A DNA stretch of 64,000 bases from an uncultured Clostridia bacterium (lineage in GTDB: Bacteria; Bacillota; Clostridia; TANB77; CAG-508). The translations under genes were made by a program, and so were the position numbers. Positions within the stretch are counted from its first letter, which is position 1; each line of letters opens with the position of its first letter. Location: contig CAKOWW010000003.1 in NCBI GenBank assembly GCA_934129785.1, forward strand, positions 24,315 through 88,314, given 5' to 3'. Under the pieces are notes generated by a model. It saw only the letters and a program-made list of their open reading frames with translations, was not told the origin of the DNA and did not search any database. Below, piece by piece: positions 39,346 through 50,996 of this stretch.

Positions 39346-40035
39346 ATGGAATTTATAATTATTGCAATGATTATAATAATTTTTATAGCTGTTTTAAGAT
39401 ATATTTTTGGATATAGTATGAAAAAATTGAAAAACATAGGAAAAGATGAAGAACTTGATGAAATAAGTAAAAAATATCCAGAAAATAAAGAAATATGCAA
39501 ATGGTATTTGAAAAGATTAAATAACACGCAAGTTGAAATAGAAGAAAGCAGTGATGCTCAAGCTAGTTTATATATTTGGGCAACAAATAAAATTTTAATA
39601 GCTAACATTAAAAATACATATACAAGAATTCAAACAATAGCACATGAATGTTTACATTCTATTCAAGATAAGAAATTATTAATGTTCAATTTCATATTTT
39701 CAAATATATATTTATTATACTTTGCAATAGTATGTATATTAGGAATACTAAAAATGTTGCCATATAAAATGATGTTTCTTGTAATATTATTAATATTAAG
39801 TGCAGTATATTATTTGGTTAGAAATTTCTTAGAAAATGATGCAATGATAAAAGCAAGATTTTTAGCAAAAGAATATATGGAAGATATAAAGATTAGTTCA
39901 AAAGAAGAAATTGAAAAAATAGTTAATGGTTTTGATAAAATAAATGATGTAGGAATTAAATGCATTAATTATAAATTTTTCTTAGATATCATGATAAAAG
40001 TTTTAATATTAGATATAATATTTTTAATAAGGTAA
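39346..40035 (+). CDS. putative membrane-embedded zinc metallopeptidase (HExxH motif AHECLHS)
   Basis: N-terminal TM, HECLH, then 2-3 C-terminal TM helices; family not resolved. Confidence 0.45.
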   Translation: MEFIIIAMIIIIFIAVLRYIFGYSMKKLKNIGKDEELDEISKKYPENKEICKWYLKRLNNTQVEIEESSDAQASLYIWATNKILIANIKNTYTRIQTIAHECLHSIQDKKLLMFNFIFSNIYLLYFAIVCILGILKMLPYKMMFLVILLILSAVYYLVRNFLENDAMIKARFLAKEYMEDIKISSKEEIEKIVNGFDKINDVGIKCINYKFFLDIMIKVLILDIIFLIR

Positions 40036-40071
40036 AACAAAAGCTTGGAATTAAAGTTCCAAGCTTAAATG

Positions 40072-40620
40072 TTAATTATCTTTTAATAGTAAATTTAGAA
40101 TTTGTGGATAAATTGATTTGGCATTTTTGTTCCAATTATCTACAATTTTTTTAGCTCTTTCTCTAGAGCCAGCGAAAGTTTTTACTTCAAAAATAGTTTC
40201 ATTATTTTCTACAATTTTACATTTTATAGTATAATCATTTTCGTTTTTTGGTATAAATTCTGCTATTACAGAACCTTCTTCTTCAATAGAAGAAAATTCT
40301 TTTTTGAAAATGTTATCTGCTTTTAATTTCATAATTCCTGGTAGTACATCTTTGGTAAGAATATATGCTTCTTTTCCTTTAGAAGTAATCTTTATAACTT
40401 GTTCTGCTTCTTTTGTGTAATTTCCTACTAACTTTGAATCAATTAAATCAGTTAAAATTTGTTTAAAATAAAAATAATTAATATCGTTTATGGATGCGAT
40501 TATTTTAAATAAATTATCTTGTGTTATATCATTATCAATTAAATTTAATATATACAAAATTAAAACTTTATTTTCTGCCAAAGTAGTAGTATTATCAGAA
40601 ATGGAACTCATAAATAACAC
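40072..40620 (-). CDS. hypothetical 182-aa protein
   Basis: Clean ORF on the minus strand; no motif recognised. Confidence 0.5.
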   Translation of the reverse strand: MLFMSSISDNTTTLAENKVLILYILNLIDNDITQDNLFKIIASINDINYFYFKQILTDLIDSKLVGNYTKEAEQVIKITSKGKEAYILTKDVLPGIMKLKADNIFKKEFSSIEEEGSVIAEFIPKNENDYTIKCKIVENNETIFEVKTFAGSRERAKKIVDNWNKNAKSIYPQILNLLLKDN

Positions 40621-40768
40621 TCCTTACTTTGATTTTCTTGGAGGCATTATATCATATTTTACAAAAAAAGTAAAACAAATTTAGAAAAAATCTTTTAAAA
40701 AGAGAAAAAACGTGATATAATATTGTGCGTAACAAAGCTAACATAAAATAAGAAAGGAAGTTTTAATT

Positions 40769-41725
40769 ATGAAAAATGGTAAAGTAGTTTTAGTAGGAAC
40801 AGGATTCGTAGGAATGAGTATGGCATATTCAATGTTAAATAGAGGTGGAATAAATGAATTAGTTCTAATAGATATTGATAAAGAAAAAACAATAGGAGAA
40901 GAAATGGACTTATCACATGGATTACCATATGCACCACAAAAAATGATAATAAAAGCAGGAGATTATTCAGAATGTAAAGATGCACAAGTAGTTGTTATAA
41001 CAGCTGGAATAGCTCAAAAACCAGGACAAACAAGATTAGAACTTGCAGAAGTAAATACAAAAATAATGAAACAAATAACAGAAAGTATAATGGCAAGTGG
41101 ATTTGACGGAATAATAGTAGTGGCAAGTAATCCAGTAGATTTAATGACATATGTAGTAGCACAAGTTTCTGGATTACCAAAAAACAGAGTAATTGGATCT
41201 GGAACAGTATTAGACACAGCAAGATTGCGTTATTTAATGGCAGATTATTTAAAAGTATCTAGCAAAAACGTACATGCATATATAATGGGAGAACATGGTG
41301 ATTCTTCATTTGTACCTTGGGCACATGCATATGTGGGATGTAAAAAAGTAACTGATATAATGAAAGATAACAAACATCCAATGGAAGATTTAGAAAAAAT
41401 ACATAAAGGTGTTGTTGATGCAGCATATGAAATTATAGAAAAGAAAAAAGCAACATATTATGGAATAGGAATGGCTTTAAACAGATTAGTTAGAGCGATT
41501 TTAGATAATGAAAACTCAATATTAACAGTTTCAACTTATTTAAAAGATGGACAATATGGTCAAGATGATATCTATATTGGAGTTCCAGCTATTATAAATA
41601 GTAACGGTGTTAGAGAATTATTAGACTTAGACTTAAATGCAGAAGAACAAGCTAAACTAGATAATAGTTGTAAACTTATTAAAGAAATGAGAGAAACTTC
41701 AATTGATAAAATTATAAAAGGATAA
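40769..41725 (+). CDS. ldh: L-lactate dehydrogenase
   Basis: GTGFVGMSMAYSM NAD-binding N-terminus and GEHGDS substrate/catalytic motif; 318 aa. Confidence 0.9.
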   Translation: MKNGKVVLVGTGFVGMSMAYSMLNRGGINELVLIDIDKEKTIGEEMDLSHGLPYAPQKMIIKAGDYSECKDAQVVVITAGIAQKPGQTRLELAEVNTKIMKQITESIMASGFDGIIVVASNPVDLMTYVVAQVSGLPKNRVIGSGTVLDTARLRYLMADYLKVSSKNVHAYIMGEHGDSSFVPWAHAYVGCKKVTDIMKDNKHPMEDLEKIHKGVVDAAYEIIEKKKATYYGIGMALNRLVRAILDNENSILTVSTYLKDGQYGQDDIYIGVPAIINSNGVRELLDLDLNAEEQAKLDNSCKLIKEMRETSIDKIIKG

Positions 41726-41808
41726 AAATAAAAATCCAAATTATTAGATATAAATTTAATAATTTGGATTTATTTTCGTCCGTAAGCGTAAAAATTAGCC
41801 AAAAAGTA

Positions 41809-41837
41809 TTGACACTAATGGAAAAACATTGTATAAT
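41809..41837 (+). promoter_or_regulatory. S10 operon sigmaA promoter TTGACA-17-TATAAT
   Basis: Consensus hexamers about 270 nt upstream of rpsJ. Confidence 0.6.
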
Positions 41838-42110
41838 ATATGAGCATGAATTAAGCGAAGAAGCTGAATGTGGCTACATCCTACGAATCCGTAAGGGTGG
41901 AGGGAACTTCAGTGGAGTATGTCATGGCAAAGACCAGGCGGTAAGTTTTATATAAAAATAGCACTTATCCCAGAATTAACATGCGTATTTTGGGTTTAAA
42001 TATAGGTGAAATTCAAAACACCAGAGTGCGTTTTAACTTGCCACGGTAATTTCGATAGCAAACAAGCTATCTAAAAAGAAAAACAAATTTATGAAGGAGG
42101 GAAAATTACA
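41838..42110 (+). promoter_or_regulatory. long structured 5' leader of the S10 operon (possible L4-mediated autoregulatory leader)
   Basis: ~270 nt untranslated, relatively GC-rich, with several hairpins (ctgaatgtggctacatcc..., ccgtaagggtggagggaacttcagtgg). The ORF-track ORF 41764..41955 inside it is rejected. Confidence 0.4.
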
Positions 42111-42431
42111 ATGGCAAACATAGCAACAAGTGAAAAAATAAGAATAAGACTAAAAGCATATGACCATGTAGTTTTAGATCAGTCTGCTGAAAAAATAGTA
42201 GATACTGCTAAGAAAACAGGAGCAAAGGTTTCAGGTCCTATTCCATTACCAACACAAAAAGAAGTCGTAACAATCTTACGTTCTCCACACAAATACAAAG
42301 ATTCAAGAGAACAATTTGAAATGAGAACACATAAAAGAGTAATCGACATACTTTACCCAACACAAAAAACAGTAGATAGTCTAATGAAATTAGATTTACC
42401 AGCTGGTGTTGACATCGAAATCAAATTATAA
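42111..42431 (+). CDS. rpsJ: 30S ribosomal protein S10
   Basis: [11 protein letters not shown] signature; first gene of the S10 operon. Confidence 0.95.
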   Translation: MANIATSEKIRIRLKAYDHVVLDQSAEKIVDTAKKTGAKVSGPIPLPTQKEVVTILRSPHKYKDSREQFEMRTHKRVIDILYPTQKTVDSLMKLDLPAGVDIEIKL

Positions 42432-42542
42432 TTTAGAAACAAAATTAAAAGCCTACATTATATGTGTAGCAACAAAACCAAGCTGGTATACATTTTAAAC
42501 AAATGCAATATAAATATCAGCCAATAGTTAGGAGGAAATAAA

Positions 42543-43178
42543 ATGAACAAAGGAATTATCGGTAAAAAAATCGGTATGACACAAATATTTGATGAAAAAG
42601 GAAACGTAATTCCAGTAACAGTTATAGAAACAGCTGGAAACGTAGTTGCACAAGTAAAAACTGTTGAAACAGATGGATACAATGCAATACAATTAGGATA
42701 TGGAGAAATAAAAGATAAACATATCAATAAACCAGAAGCAGGACATTTTGCAAAAGCAAAATTAGCTAATAAAAAACATTTAAGAGAATTCAGAATGGAT
42801 TCAGTAGAAGAATACAAAGTTGGAGACGAAGTAAAAGCTGACATCTTCACAGCTGGAGAAAAAATAGATGTTCAAGGAACATCAAAAGGAAAAGGATTCC
42901 AAGGTGTTATAAAACGTCATGGACAATCAAGAGGACCTATGGGACATGGTTCTATGTATCACAGAAGACCAGGTTCAATGGGATCTACATCAACACCAGG
43001 TAGAGTATTCAAAGGTAAAAAACTTCCAGGACATATGGGAAGAGTTACAGTTACAATACAAAACTTAGATGTTGTAAGAGTAGACATGGATAAAAATGTT
43101 ATATTAGTAAAAGGTAGTGTTCCAGGACCTAAAGGAGCTATCTTAAAAGTAAAATCAGCTGTAAAGGCTAGCAAATAG
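42543..43178 (+). CDS. rplC: 50S ribosomal protein L3
   Basis: [16 protein letters not shown] signature. Confidence 0.95.
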   Translation: MNKGIIGKKIGMTQIFDEKGNVIPVTVIETAGNVVAQVKTVETDGYNAIQLGYGEIKDKHINKPEAGHFAKAKLANKKHLREFRMDSVEEYKVGDEVKADIFTAGEKIDVQGTSKGKGFQGVIKRHGQSRGPMGHGSMYHRRPGSMGSTSTPGRVFKGKKLPGHMGRVTVTIQNLDVVRVDMDKNVILVKGSVPGPKGAILKVKSAVKASK

Positions 43179-43198
43179 AAAGGAAGGAGGAGTTAAAA

Positions 43199-43822
43199 AT
43201 GCCAAAAGTAGATGTATACGATATAAAAGGAAAAAAAGTAAGTGATATAGAATTAGCAGATAGCGTATTTGGAATTGAACCAAATGAAAATATAGTACAT
43301 GCTGTATTAGTTAACTATTTAGCTAATCAAAGACAAGGTACACAAAGTACAAAAACAAGAGCAGAAGTTCGTGGTGGTGGAAGAAAACCATGGAGACAAA
43401 AAGGAACAGGTAGAGCAAGACAAGGTTCAATAAGAGCTCCACAATGGATAAAAGGTGGTATTGCTTTAGGACCAAAACCTCGTTCATATAAATACACAGT
43501 AAATAAAAAAGAAAGAAGACTTGCAATTAAGTCAATATTAAGCTCTAAAGTATTAGAAAAAGAACTAACAGTAGTTGACAAATTAGAATTAAAAGAAATC
43601 AAAACAAAATCAATGGTAAAAGCATTAGAAGCATTAAAAGTTGAAGGAAAAACATTAATAATACTTCCAGAAGGAAATAAAAATGTAATAATGTCAGCAA
43701 GAAACATTGAAGGAGTTAAAGCTATAAAAGCTAACAACATAAATGTATTTGATTTATTAAAATACAATAATCTAATTTTACCAGTTGATACTGTTAAAAA
43801 ATTAGAGGAGGTGTACGCATAA
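43199..43822 (+). CDS. rplD: 50S ribosomal protein L4
   Basis: RGGGRKPWRQKGTGRAR signature. Confidence 0.95.
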   Translation: MPKVDVYDIKGKKVSDIELADSVFGIEPNENIVHAVLVNYLANQRQGTQSTKTRAEVRGGGRKPWRQKGTGRARQGSIRAPQWIKGGIALGPKPRSYKYTVNKKERRLAIKSILSSKVLEKELTVVDKLELKEIKTKSMVKALEALKVEGKTLIILPEGNKNVIMSARNIEGVKAIKANNINVFDLLKYNNLILPVDTVKKLEEVYA

Positions 43823-44169
43823 TGCTACCAGAAGAAATAATAATAGCACCAGTTGTTACTGAAAAAAGTAATGACCAATTACAAGAAGGTAAATACACTT
43901 TCAAAGTAAATAAAAAAGCTACAAAAGTTGAAATAGCAAAAGCTGTTGAAAAACTATTTGAAGTAAAAGTATTAAAAGTAAATACAATGAATGTAAACGG
44001 AAAGAAAAAAAGAGTTGGATACCATATGGGTAAAACATCTGACTGGAAAAAAGCAATTGTAACAATTGACACAAATCCAGAAGAAAAAACATACCTAGCA
44101 AAAGGTGGAAAAACAACAAAAATATCTAAAAAATACAAAGATTCAATTGATGAATTTATGGGAGCTTAG
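43822..44169 (+). CDS. rplW: 50S ribosomal protein L23
   Basis: IIAPVVTEKS signature; operon position. Confidence 0.9.
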   Translation: MLPEEIIIAPVVTEKSNDQLQEGKYTFKVNKKATKVEIAKAVEKLFEVKVLKVNTMNVNGKKKRVGYHMGKTSDWKKAIVTIDTNPEEKTYLAKGGKTTKISKKYKDSIDEFMGA

Positions 44170-44230
44170 AGCTCTGTAATAAAATATCGGGAAAAAACCC
44201 GGAGAATAAATAAAAAGGAGAGAAAGAAAA

Positions 44231-45064
44231 ATGGCAATGAAACATTTTAAACCATATACACCATCTAGAAGAAATATGACAGTTTCAGATTTTGCAGAAG
44301 TAACTAAAAAAACTCCTGAAAAATCATTACTTGCTAAAAAGAGAAAAAATGCAGGTAGAAATTCATATGGTAGAATAACAGTAAGACACCAAGGTGGTGG
44401 AAACAGACAAAAATATAGAATAATAGACTTTAAAAGATTAAAAGACAATATGGAAGCAACTGTAATAGGAATCGAATATGATCCAAACAGAAGTGCAAAT
44501 ATTGCATTAATTCAATATGAAGATGGAGAAAAAGCTTATATATTAGCACCACAAGGATTAACAGATGGTGACAAAATAATATCTGGAGAATCAGTTGATA
44601 TAAAACCAGGAAACTGTATGCCAATCAGTTCAATTCCAGTAGGTACTTTAATTCACAACATTGAATTAAATCCAAAACAAGGTGGAAGATTAGTTAAAGC
44701 TGCAGGTCAAAGTGCACAATTAATGGCTAAAGAAGGAAAATATGCACACGTAAGACTTCCATCAGGAGAAATGAGATTAGTTCTAGCTAAATGTAGAGCT
44801 ACAATCGGTGTTATAGGAAACAGCGACCATGAAAATGTTAAAATTGGTAAAGCTGGTAGAAAAAGACATATGGGAATCAGACCAACAGTAAGAGGATCTG
44901 TAATGAACCCAGTAGATCACCCTCATGGTGGTGGTGAAGGTAAAGCTCCAGTAGGACACGCAGGACCAATGACACCTTGGGGTAAACCAGCATTAGGATA
45001 CAAGACAAGAAATAAAAAGAAACAATCTAACAAATTTATAGTTAAGAGAAGAAACAAAAAATAA
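44231..45064 (+). CDS. rplB: 50S ribosomal protein L2
   Basis: [11 protein letters not shown] and GGGEGKAP motifs. Confidence 0.95.
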   Translation: MAMKHFKPYTPSRRNMTVSDFAEVTKKTPEKSLLAKKRKNAGRNSYGRITVRHQGGGNRQKYRIIDFKRLKDNMEATVIGIEYDPNRSANIALIQYEDGEKAYILAPQGLTDGDKIISGESVDIKPGNCMPISSIPVGTLIHNIELNPKQGGRLVKAAGQSAQLMAKEGKYAHVRLPSGEMRLVLAKCRATIGVIGNSDHENVKIGKAGRKRHMGIRPTVRGSVMNPVDHPHGGGEGKAPVGHAGPMTPWGKPALGYKTRNKKKQSNKFIVKRRNKK

Positions 45065-45092
45065 TAACGCTTAGAAAGGAGGACATTTCAAT

Positions 45093-45365
45093 ATGTCAAG
45101 ATCAAGCAAGAAAAAACCATTTGTACAAGAAAAATTATTAAAAAGAATTGAAGAAATGAACAAAACTGGAAGCAAAGAAGTTTTAAAAACATGGTCAAGA
45201 GCTTCAACAATTTATCCACAAATGGTTGGTCACACAATTGCAGTACATGATGGAAGAAAACATGTTCCAATCTATATTGCAGAAGAAATGATAGGTCATA
45301 AATTAGGTGAATTTGCTCCTACAAGAACATTTAAAGGACATGCAGGAGACAAAACAACTAAATAG
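45093..45365 (+). CDS. rpsS: 30S ribosomal protein S19
   Basis: [15 protein letters not shown] signature. Confidence 0.95.
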   Translation: MSRSSKKKPFVQEKLLKRIEEMNKTGSKEVLKTWSRASTIYPQMVGHTIAVHDGRKHVPIYIAEEMIGHKLGEFAPTRTFKGHAGDKTTK

Positions 45366-45411
45366 AAAAGCATAAATAAAAAAAGCAAACCGATATAAGG
45401 AGGGAATTATA

Positions 45412-45777
45412 GTGCAAGAGCAAGAAACAGTTGTAATAAATGAAGCTAAAGCAACTCTTAAATATGCTAGAATATCAGCTAGAAAAGTTAAAATAGTAGC
45501 AGATTTAATAAGAGGTAAAAATGTTGATGAAGCTTTAGCAATAGTAAAATTTACACCAAAAGCATCATCAGAAATAATAGAAAAATTATTAAAATCAGCA
45601 ATTGCAAATGCTGAAAACAATCATGATATGAAACATGAAAACTTATATGTTGCTGAAATCTATGCAAATCAAGGTCCAACTCTAAAAAGAATTAGACCAG
45701 CTGCAAAAGGTTCAGCAGTTAGAATTAGAAAAAGAACAAGTCATATAACAATAGTATTAAAAGAAAAGGAGGCATAA
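45412..45777 (+). CDS. rplV: 50S ribosomal protein L22
   Basis: GTG start after AAGGAGGG; [17 protein letters not shown] signature. Confidence 0.9.
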   Translation: MQEQETVVINEAKATLKYARISARKVKIVADLIRGKNVDEALAIVKFTPKASSEIIEKLLKSAIANAENNHDMKHENLYVAEIYANQGPTLKRIRPAAKGSAVRIRKRTSHITIVLKEKEA

Positions 45778-45784
45778 ACAAGCC

Positions 45785-46441
45785 ATGGGACAAAAAGTAC
45801 ATCCAACAGGTGTAAGAGTTGGAATTATAAAAGATTGGAACTCTAAATGGTATGCAGATTCTAAAAATTTTGCAGATTATTTAGTTGAAGATCAAAAAAT
45901 TCGTAAATTTTTAAAGAAAAAATTATACCAAGCTGGAATTTCTAAAATAGAAATAGAAAGAACAGCTAAAGCTGTAAAAGTTAACTTATACACTGCAAAA
46001 CCTGGAATCGTAATTGGTAAAGGCGGAGCTGGAGTTGAAAGTGTAAAAGCTGAACTTGCAAAATTAATAGGAAAAGATGTTAACTTAAACATCGTAGAAG
46101 TTAAAAATATAGATACAGATGCTCAATTAGTAGCAGAAAATATCGCTGGACAATTAGAAAGAAGAATTTCATTCAGAAGAGCCATGAAACAATGTATGCA
46201 AAAATCTATGAAAGCAGGTGCTTTAGGAATAAAAACTGCAGTATCTGGTAGATTAGGTGGAGCTGATATGGCTAGAACAGAATTCTACAAAGAAGGAAAC
46301 ATACCACTTCAAACTTTAAGAGCTGATATTGATTATGGATTTGCAGAAGCAGATACAACATATGGAAAAATCGGTGTAAAAGTTTGGATATATAAAGGAG
46401 AAGTTCTTCCAGAAAGAAAAGTGGAAGGAGGAGAACAATAA
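45785..46441 (+). CDS. rpsC: 30S ribosomal protein S3
   Basis: MGQKVHPTG signature and KH domain. Confidence 0.95.
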   Translation: MGQKVHPTGVRVGIIKDWNSKWYADSKNFADYLVEDQKIRKFLKKKLYQAGISKIEIERTAKAVKVNLYTAKPGIVIGKGGAGVESVKAELAKLIGKDVNLNIVEVKNIDTDAQLVAENIAGQLERRISFRRAMKQCMQKSMKAGALGIKTAVSGRLGGADMARTEFYKEGNIPLQTLRADIDYGFAEADTTYGKIGVKVWIYKGEVLPERKVEGGEQ

Positions 46442-46884
46442 TGCCATTAATGCCAAAAAGAACAAAACATAGAAAAATGCAAAAAGGTAGAATGAGAGGA
46501 AAAGCAACAAGAGGTAACAGAGTTACAGATGGAGAATATGGAATCCAAGCAGTAACAGGAGCTTTAGTAACAGGAAACCAAATTGAAGCAGCCAGAATTG
46601 CTATGACTCGTTATATAAAAAGAGGTGGAAAAGTTTGGATTAAAATCTTTCCAGACAAACCAATAACAGCAAAACCAATCGGTACTCGTATGGGTAAAGG
46701 TAAAGGTGCTCCAGAATATTGGGTAGCAGTAGTAAAACCAGGAAGAGTAATGTTTGAAATTTCAGGTGTAACAGAAGATATTGCTAAAGAAGCCTTAAGA
46801 CTTGCTATGAACAAACTACCTAACAAAACAAAATTTGTAGCAAGAGAAACTGAAAAGGTAGGTGAAAATGATGAAGATAAATAA
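46441..46884 (+). CDS. rplP: 50S ribosomal protein L16
   Basis: [12 protein letters not shown] signature. Confidence 0.95.
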   Translation: MPLMPKRTKHRKMQKGRMRGKATRGNRVTDGEYGIQAVTGALVTGNQIEAARIAMTRYIKRGGKVWIKIFPDKPITAKPIGTRMGKGKGAPEYWVAVVKPGRVMFEISGVTEDIAKEALRLAMNKLPNKTKFVARETEKVGENDEDK

Positions 46885-47077
46885 AATAAGAGAAATGTCT
46901 TCACCAGATTTAGAGAAAGAATTAGGTGAACTAAAAACAGAATTATTTAAATTAAAATTTAGTTTAGCTACAAACGGATTAGATAATCCAATGAAAATTA
47001 GAGAAGTAAAAAAAGATATAGCTAAAATAAATACAGTATTAACAGAAAGAAAAATAGCAGAATCTAAAAACGCTTAA
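46868..47077 (+). CDS. rpmC: 50S ribosomal protein L29
   Basis: [21 protein letters not shown] pattern; start likely the ATG at 46868/46871 rather than the GTG at 46862. Confidence 0.85.
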   Translation: MMKINKIREMSSPDLEKELGELKTELFKLKFSLATNGLDNPMKIREVKKDIAKINTVLTERKIAESKNA

Positions 47078-47097
47078 TCAAGAAAGGAGAAATCTAA

Positions 47098-47361
47098 ATG
47101 GGAGAAAGAAATCTTCGTAAAGTTATGGTTGGAACTGTTACATCTAACAAAATGGACAAAACAGTTGTAGTAGCTGTAGAAACAAGTGTTAGACATAAAG
47201 TATATGGAAAAACTGTAAAAACAACATATAAATTAAAAGCTCATGATGAAGAAAATGTTTGCCAAATAGGTGACAAAGTAAAAGTAATGGAAACAAGACC
47301 ACTTTCTAAAGATAAAAGATGGAGAGTAGTTGAAGTTATGGAAAAAGCAATCGTTAAATAG
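47098..47361 (+). CDS. rpsQ: 30S ribosomal protein S17
   Basis: [19 protein letters not shown] signature. Confidence 0.95.
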   Translation: MGERNLRKVMVGTVTSNKMDKTVVVAVETSVRHKVYGKTVKTTYKLKAHDEENVCQIGDKVKVMETRPLSKDKRWRVVEVMEKAIVK

Positions 47362-47378
47362 GAAAGGAGGAACCATAA

Positions 47379-47747
47379 ATGATCCAACAACAAACAAGAT
47401 TAAAAGTAGCAGATAACACAGGAGCAAAAGAATTAATGTGTATCAGATGTTTAGGTGGTTCTTATAGAAAAACTTCAAACATTGGTGATGTTATAGTAGC
47501 TTCAGTTAAATCAGCAACACCAGGTGGAGTTGTTAAAAAAGGTGATGTTGTAAAAGCTGTTATAGTAAGATCTAAAAAAGGATTAAGAAGACCAGATGGT
47601 TCATATATAAAATTTGATGAAAATGCAGCAGTAATAATCAAAGAAGACGGAACACCAAAAGGAACACGTATCTTTGGACCAGTTGCAAGAGAACTAAGAG
47701 AAAAGGACTACATGAAAATACTTTCATTAGCCCCAGAAGTTCTATAA
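47379..47747 (+). CDS. rplN: 50S ribosomal protein L14
   Basis: [17 protein letters not shown] signature. Confidence 0.95.
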   Translation: MIQQQTRLKVADNTGAKELMCIRCLGGSYRKTSNIGDVIVASVKSATPGGVVKKGDVVKAVIVRSKKGLRRPDGSYIKFDENAAVIIKEDGTPKGTRIFGPVARELREKDYMKILSLAPEVL

Positions 47748-47771
47748 TTAGTAGAAGGAGGTAAAATCTCA

Positions 47772-48080
47772 ATGAGAATAAAAAAAGGAGACAATGTCCA
47801 AGTTTTATCAGGAAATGATAAAGGTAAAACTGGAGAAGTTTTAGAAGTAATGCCAAAAGCTGATAAAATCGTTGTTAAAGGCGTTAACATTAGAAAAAAA
47901 CATGTTAAAGCAAGACGTCAAGGAGAAGAAAGCGGAATTATATCAGTAGAATGTGCTATACCAACTTCAAAAGTTAATGTAGTATGCCCTAAATGCGGAA
48001 AAACTACAAAAGTTGGATACAGTATAGAAAAAGAAGAAAAAGTTCGTGTTTGTAAAAAATGCGGAGCTAAATTAAAATAG
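47772..48080 (+). CDS. rplX: 50S ribosomal protein L24
   Basis: KKGDNVQVLSGNDKGKTGEV KOW motif. Confidence 0.95.
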   Translation: MRIKKGDNVQVLSGNDKGKTGEVLEVMPKADKIVVKGVNIRKKHVKARRQGEESGIISVECAIPTSKVNVVCPKCGKTTKVGYSIEKEEKVRVCKKCGAKLK

Positions 48081-48105
48081 AATAGGAAAGGAGGATTAAC
48101 TAAAA

Positions 48106-48645
48106 ATGGAAAAACTAAGAGAACAATATGAAAAAGAAGTAATCCCAGCATTAATGAAAAAATTTGAATATAAATCAGTTATGCAAGTTCCAAAACTTGA
48201 TAAAATAGTTATAAATATAGGATTAGGAGATTTAAAAGAAAATCCTAAAGCTTTAGAAAATGCAATGAATGATTTAACAATTATAACAGGTCAAAAACCA
48301 GTTATAACAAAAGCAAAAAAATCAATAGCTGCATTTAAATTAAGAGAAGGTGCAAAAATCGGATGTAAAGTAACATTAAGAGCAGATAAAATGTATGACT
48401 TTGCATATAAACTATTCAATGTAGCACTTCCAAGAGTTAGAGATTTCAGAGGTGTTTCTAACAAATCATTTGATGGTAGAGGAAACTACTCAATGGGTAT
48501 TAAAGAACAATTAATATTCCCAGAAATCGAATATGATAAAGTTGATAAATTAAGAGGTATGGATATTATATTCGTAACAACAGCTCATACAGATGAAGAA
48601 TCAAAAGAGTTGTTAAAACTATTAGGAATGCCTTTTAAAGCTTAA
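48106..48645 (+). CDS. rplE: 50S ribosomal protein L5
   Basis: L5 sequence throughout; operon position. Confidence 0.95.
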   Translation: MEKLREQYEKEVIPALMKKFEYKSVMQVPKLDKIVINIGLGDLKENPKALENAMNDLTIITGQKPVITKAKKSIAAFKLREGAKIGCKVTLRADKMYDFAYKLFNVALPRVRDFRGVSNKSFDGRGNYSMGIKEQLIFPEIEYDKVDKLRGMDIIFVTTAHTDEESKELLKLLGMPFKA

Positions 48646-48697
48646 TTTGATTAACTTAAATGAACAAGTAAGTGAAATTAAGGAAGGAGTAAAATAA

Positions 48698-48883
48698 ATG
48701 GCTAAGAAATCAATGAAAATAAAACAAGCTAGACCACAAAAATACAAAACAAGAGAATATAACAGATGTAGAATTTGTGGAAGACCACACAGCTATATTA
48801 GAAAATATGGAATATGCCGTGTATGCTTTAGAGAATTAGCTCATAAAGGAGAAATCCCAGGAGTTAAGAAAGCTAGCTGGTAA
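48698..48883 (+). CDS. rpsZ: 30S ribosomal protein S14 type Z (zinc-binding)
   Basis: 61 aa with [20 protein letters not shown]. Confidence 0.95.
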   Translation: MAKKSMKIKQARPQKYKTREYNRCRICGRPHSYIRKYGICRVCFRELAHKGEIPGVKKASW

Positions 48884-48914
48884 AAATAATAGAAAGATAG
48901 GAGGTTAGTAATTA

Positions 48915-49313
48915 ATGAACATTACAGATCCAATAGCAGATATGTTAACAAGAATTAGAAACGCAAATAGTTCAAAACATAAAACAGTTGATATTCCAGC
49001 TTCAAATATGAAATTAGGAATAACAGAAATACTATTAAAAGAAGGATATATAAAATCTTTTGAAGAAATAAAAGACAATACTCAAGGAATAATAAGAATT
49101 ACTTTAAAATATGATGAAAAAGGAACAAGAGTAATTGATGGTTTAAAAAGAATAAGCAAACCAGGATTAAGAGTATATGCATCAAAAGATGAATTACCAA
49201 AAGTATTAAATGGATTAGGAATAGCTATTATCTCTACATCAAAAGGTCTTAAAACAGACAAAGAAGCAAGAGAACTTGGTGTTGGTGGAGAAGTATTAGC
49301 ATATGTATGGTAA
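48915..49313 (+). CDS. rpsH: 30S ribosomal protein S8
   Basis: [13 protein letters not shown] signature. Confidence 0.95.
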   Translation: MNITDPIADMLTRIRNANSSKHKTVDIPASNMKLGITEILLKEGYIKSFEEIKDNTQGIIRITLKYDEKGTRVIDGLKRISKPGLRVYASKDELPKVLNGLGIAIISTSKGLKTDKEARELGVGGEVLAYVW

Positions 49314-49351
49314 TTTATAATTTAGAAATTTAGAAGGAGGGAAAACCTAAC

Positions 49352-49888
49352 ATGTCAAGAATAGGAAATAAACCTGTTGCAGTACCACAAGGTGTTGAAG
49401 TTAAAATTGATGGACAACACATTACTGTAAAAGGGCCAAAAGGTACATTAGAAAAAGAAATACATAAAAATATTTCTTTAGAAATGGCAGAAAACGAAAT
49501 TAAAGTTATAAGAAAAAATGATGAACCAAGTAACAGAGCATTACATGGTTTAACAAGAACTTTAATTAGTAACATGATAACAGGTGTAACTCATGAATAT
49601 AGTAAAGAACTTCAAATAAACGGAGTTGGTTACAGAGTTGCAAAACAAGGAAACAATTTAAATTTAACTTTAGGATATTCACATCCAGTAATATTTGAAG
49701 CACCAGCTGGAATTACTTTTGATGTTCCAAATCCTAATACAATTATAGTAAAAGGAATTGATAAAGAATTAGTAGGTCAAACAGCAGCAGTTATAAGAAC
49801 AAAAAGACCACCAGAAGTATATAGAGGTAAAGGTATTAAATATGCTGATGAAGTTATTAGACGTAAAGAAGGTAAAACTGGTAAATAA
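49352..49888 (+). CDS. rplF: 50S ribosomal protein L6
   Basis: MSRIGNKPV..VKGPKGTL signature. Confidence 0.95.
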   Translation: MSRIGNKPVAVPQGVEVKIDGQHITVKGPKGTLEKEIHKNISLEMAENEIKVIRKNDEPSNRALHGLTRTLISNMITGVTHEYSKELQINGVGYRVAKQGNNLNLTLGYSHPVIFEAPAGITFDVPNPNTIIVKGIDKELVGQTAAVIRTKRPPEVYRGKGIKYADEVIRRKEGKTGK

Positions 49889-50054
49889 ATTTTAATTTTA
49901 ATTAACATTTCGTACATTTTTATTTTATTAACCAGACTTCAATGTACAAAAGTACGACTTCAGCCTGTTTAATTTATAAAAAAGCGCAATATTTTGATTT
50001 GAATTAAAATTATCTAAGTGTAAGAAATTCGAATTTAGAGAAAGGAGAATAAAA

Positions 50055-50414
50055 ATGGTTAAGAAAACAGATAGAAAAATGGAAAGAACAAGAAGACATT
50101 TAAGAGTAAGAAGAAAAATATCTGGAACAGCTGAAAGACCAAGATTATGTGTATATAGAAGTAATGCAAACTTATATGTACAAGTAATTGATGATGTTGC
50201 AGGAAATACATTAGTTGCAGCTTCTACATTAGATAAAGAAATAAAAACAAAACATGCTAATAAAGAAGCAGCTAAAGAATTAGGAACATTAATCGCAAAA
50301 AAAGCACAAGCTAAAAATATAAAAGCAGTTGTATTTGACCGTGGTGGATATATTTATCATGGTGTAGTTAAAGAATTAGCTGATGCAGCAAGAGAAGGCG
50401 GATTAGAATTCTAA
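50055..50414 (+). CDS. rplR: 50S ribosomal protein L18
   Basis: [20 protein letters not shown] signature; unusually preceded by a 166-nt gap. Confidence 0.95.
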   Translation: MVKKTDRKMERTRRHLRVRRKISGTAERPRLCVYRSNANLYVQVIDDVAGNTLVAASTLDKEIKTKHANKEAAKELGTLIAKKAQAKNIKAVVFDRGGYIYHGVVKELADAAREGGLEF

Positions 50415-50473
50415 TTAAAATAAAATAAATATAAAATACAAATACCTATAAGAAGGAGGAAAAACTAAAACCT

Positions 50474-50959
50474 ATGGAAGAAAATAGAGAATTAAAAGAA
50501 AAAGTTGTTGCTATCAACAGAGTTGCTAAAGTTGTTAAAGGTGGTAGAACTTTTAGATTTAGTGCAGTAGTAGTTGTTGGTGACGAAAACGGTCATGTAG
50601 GTGTTGGAAATGGTAAAGCAGCAGAAGTTCCAGATGCTATAAGAAAAGCAATTCAAGAAGCTAAAAAGAATTTAGTTGAAGTACCAATTGTAAACACAAC
50701 AGTACCTCATGAATATTTTGGAACATTCGGTAGTGCAAGAGTTATGTTAAAACCAGCAGAAATCGGTACTGGAGTTATCGCTGGTGGAAGTGTTAGACCA
50801 GTATTAGAATTAGCAGGATACAAAAACATAAGAACAAAAGTTATTGGAACAAATAATCCAAGAAACGTTGTTTATGCTACAATCGAAGGTTTAAAATCAA
50901 TGCAAACTGTAGAATCAGTAGCTAAAAAAAGAGGTAAAAAAGTAGAAGAAATACTATAA
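50474..50959 (+). CDS. rpsE: 30S ribosomal protein S5
   Basis: [24 protein letters not shown] signature. Confidence 0.95.
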   Translation: MEENRELKEKVVAINRVAKVVKGGRTFRFSAVVVVGDENGHVGVGNGKAAEVPDAIRKAIQEAKKNLVEVPIVNTTVPHEYFGTFGSARVMLKPAEIGTGVIAGGSVRPVLELAGYKNIRTKVIGTNNPRNVVYATIEGLKSMQTVESVAKKRGKKVEEIL

Positions 50960-50996
50960 TTATAATCAAATAAAAAATAAGGAGGTGCAGAGCCAA

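Noticed and set aside
41764-41955. 63-aa ORF inside the S10 leader
   Set aside because: It spans the -35/-10 promoter and leader hairpins and has no SD. The region is an untranslated leader.
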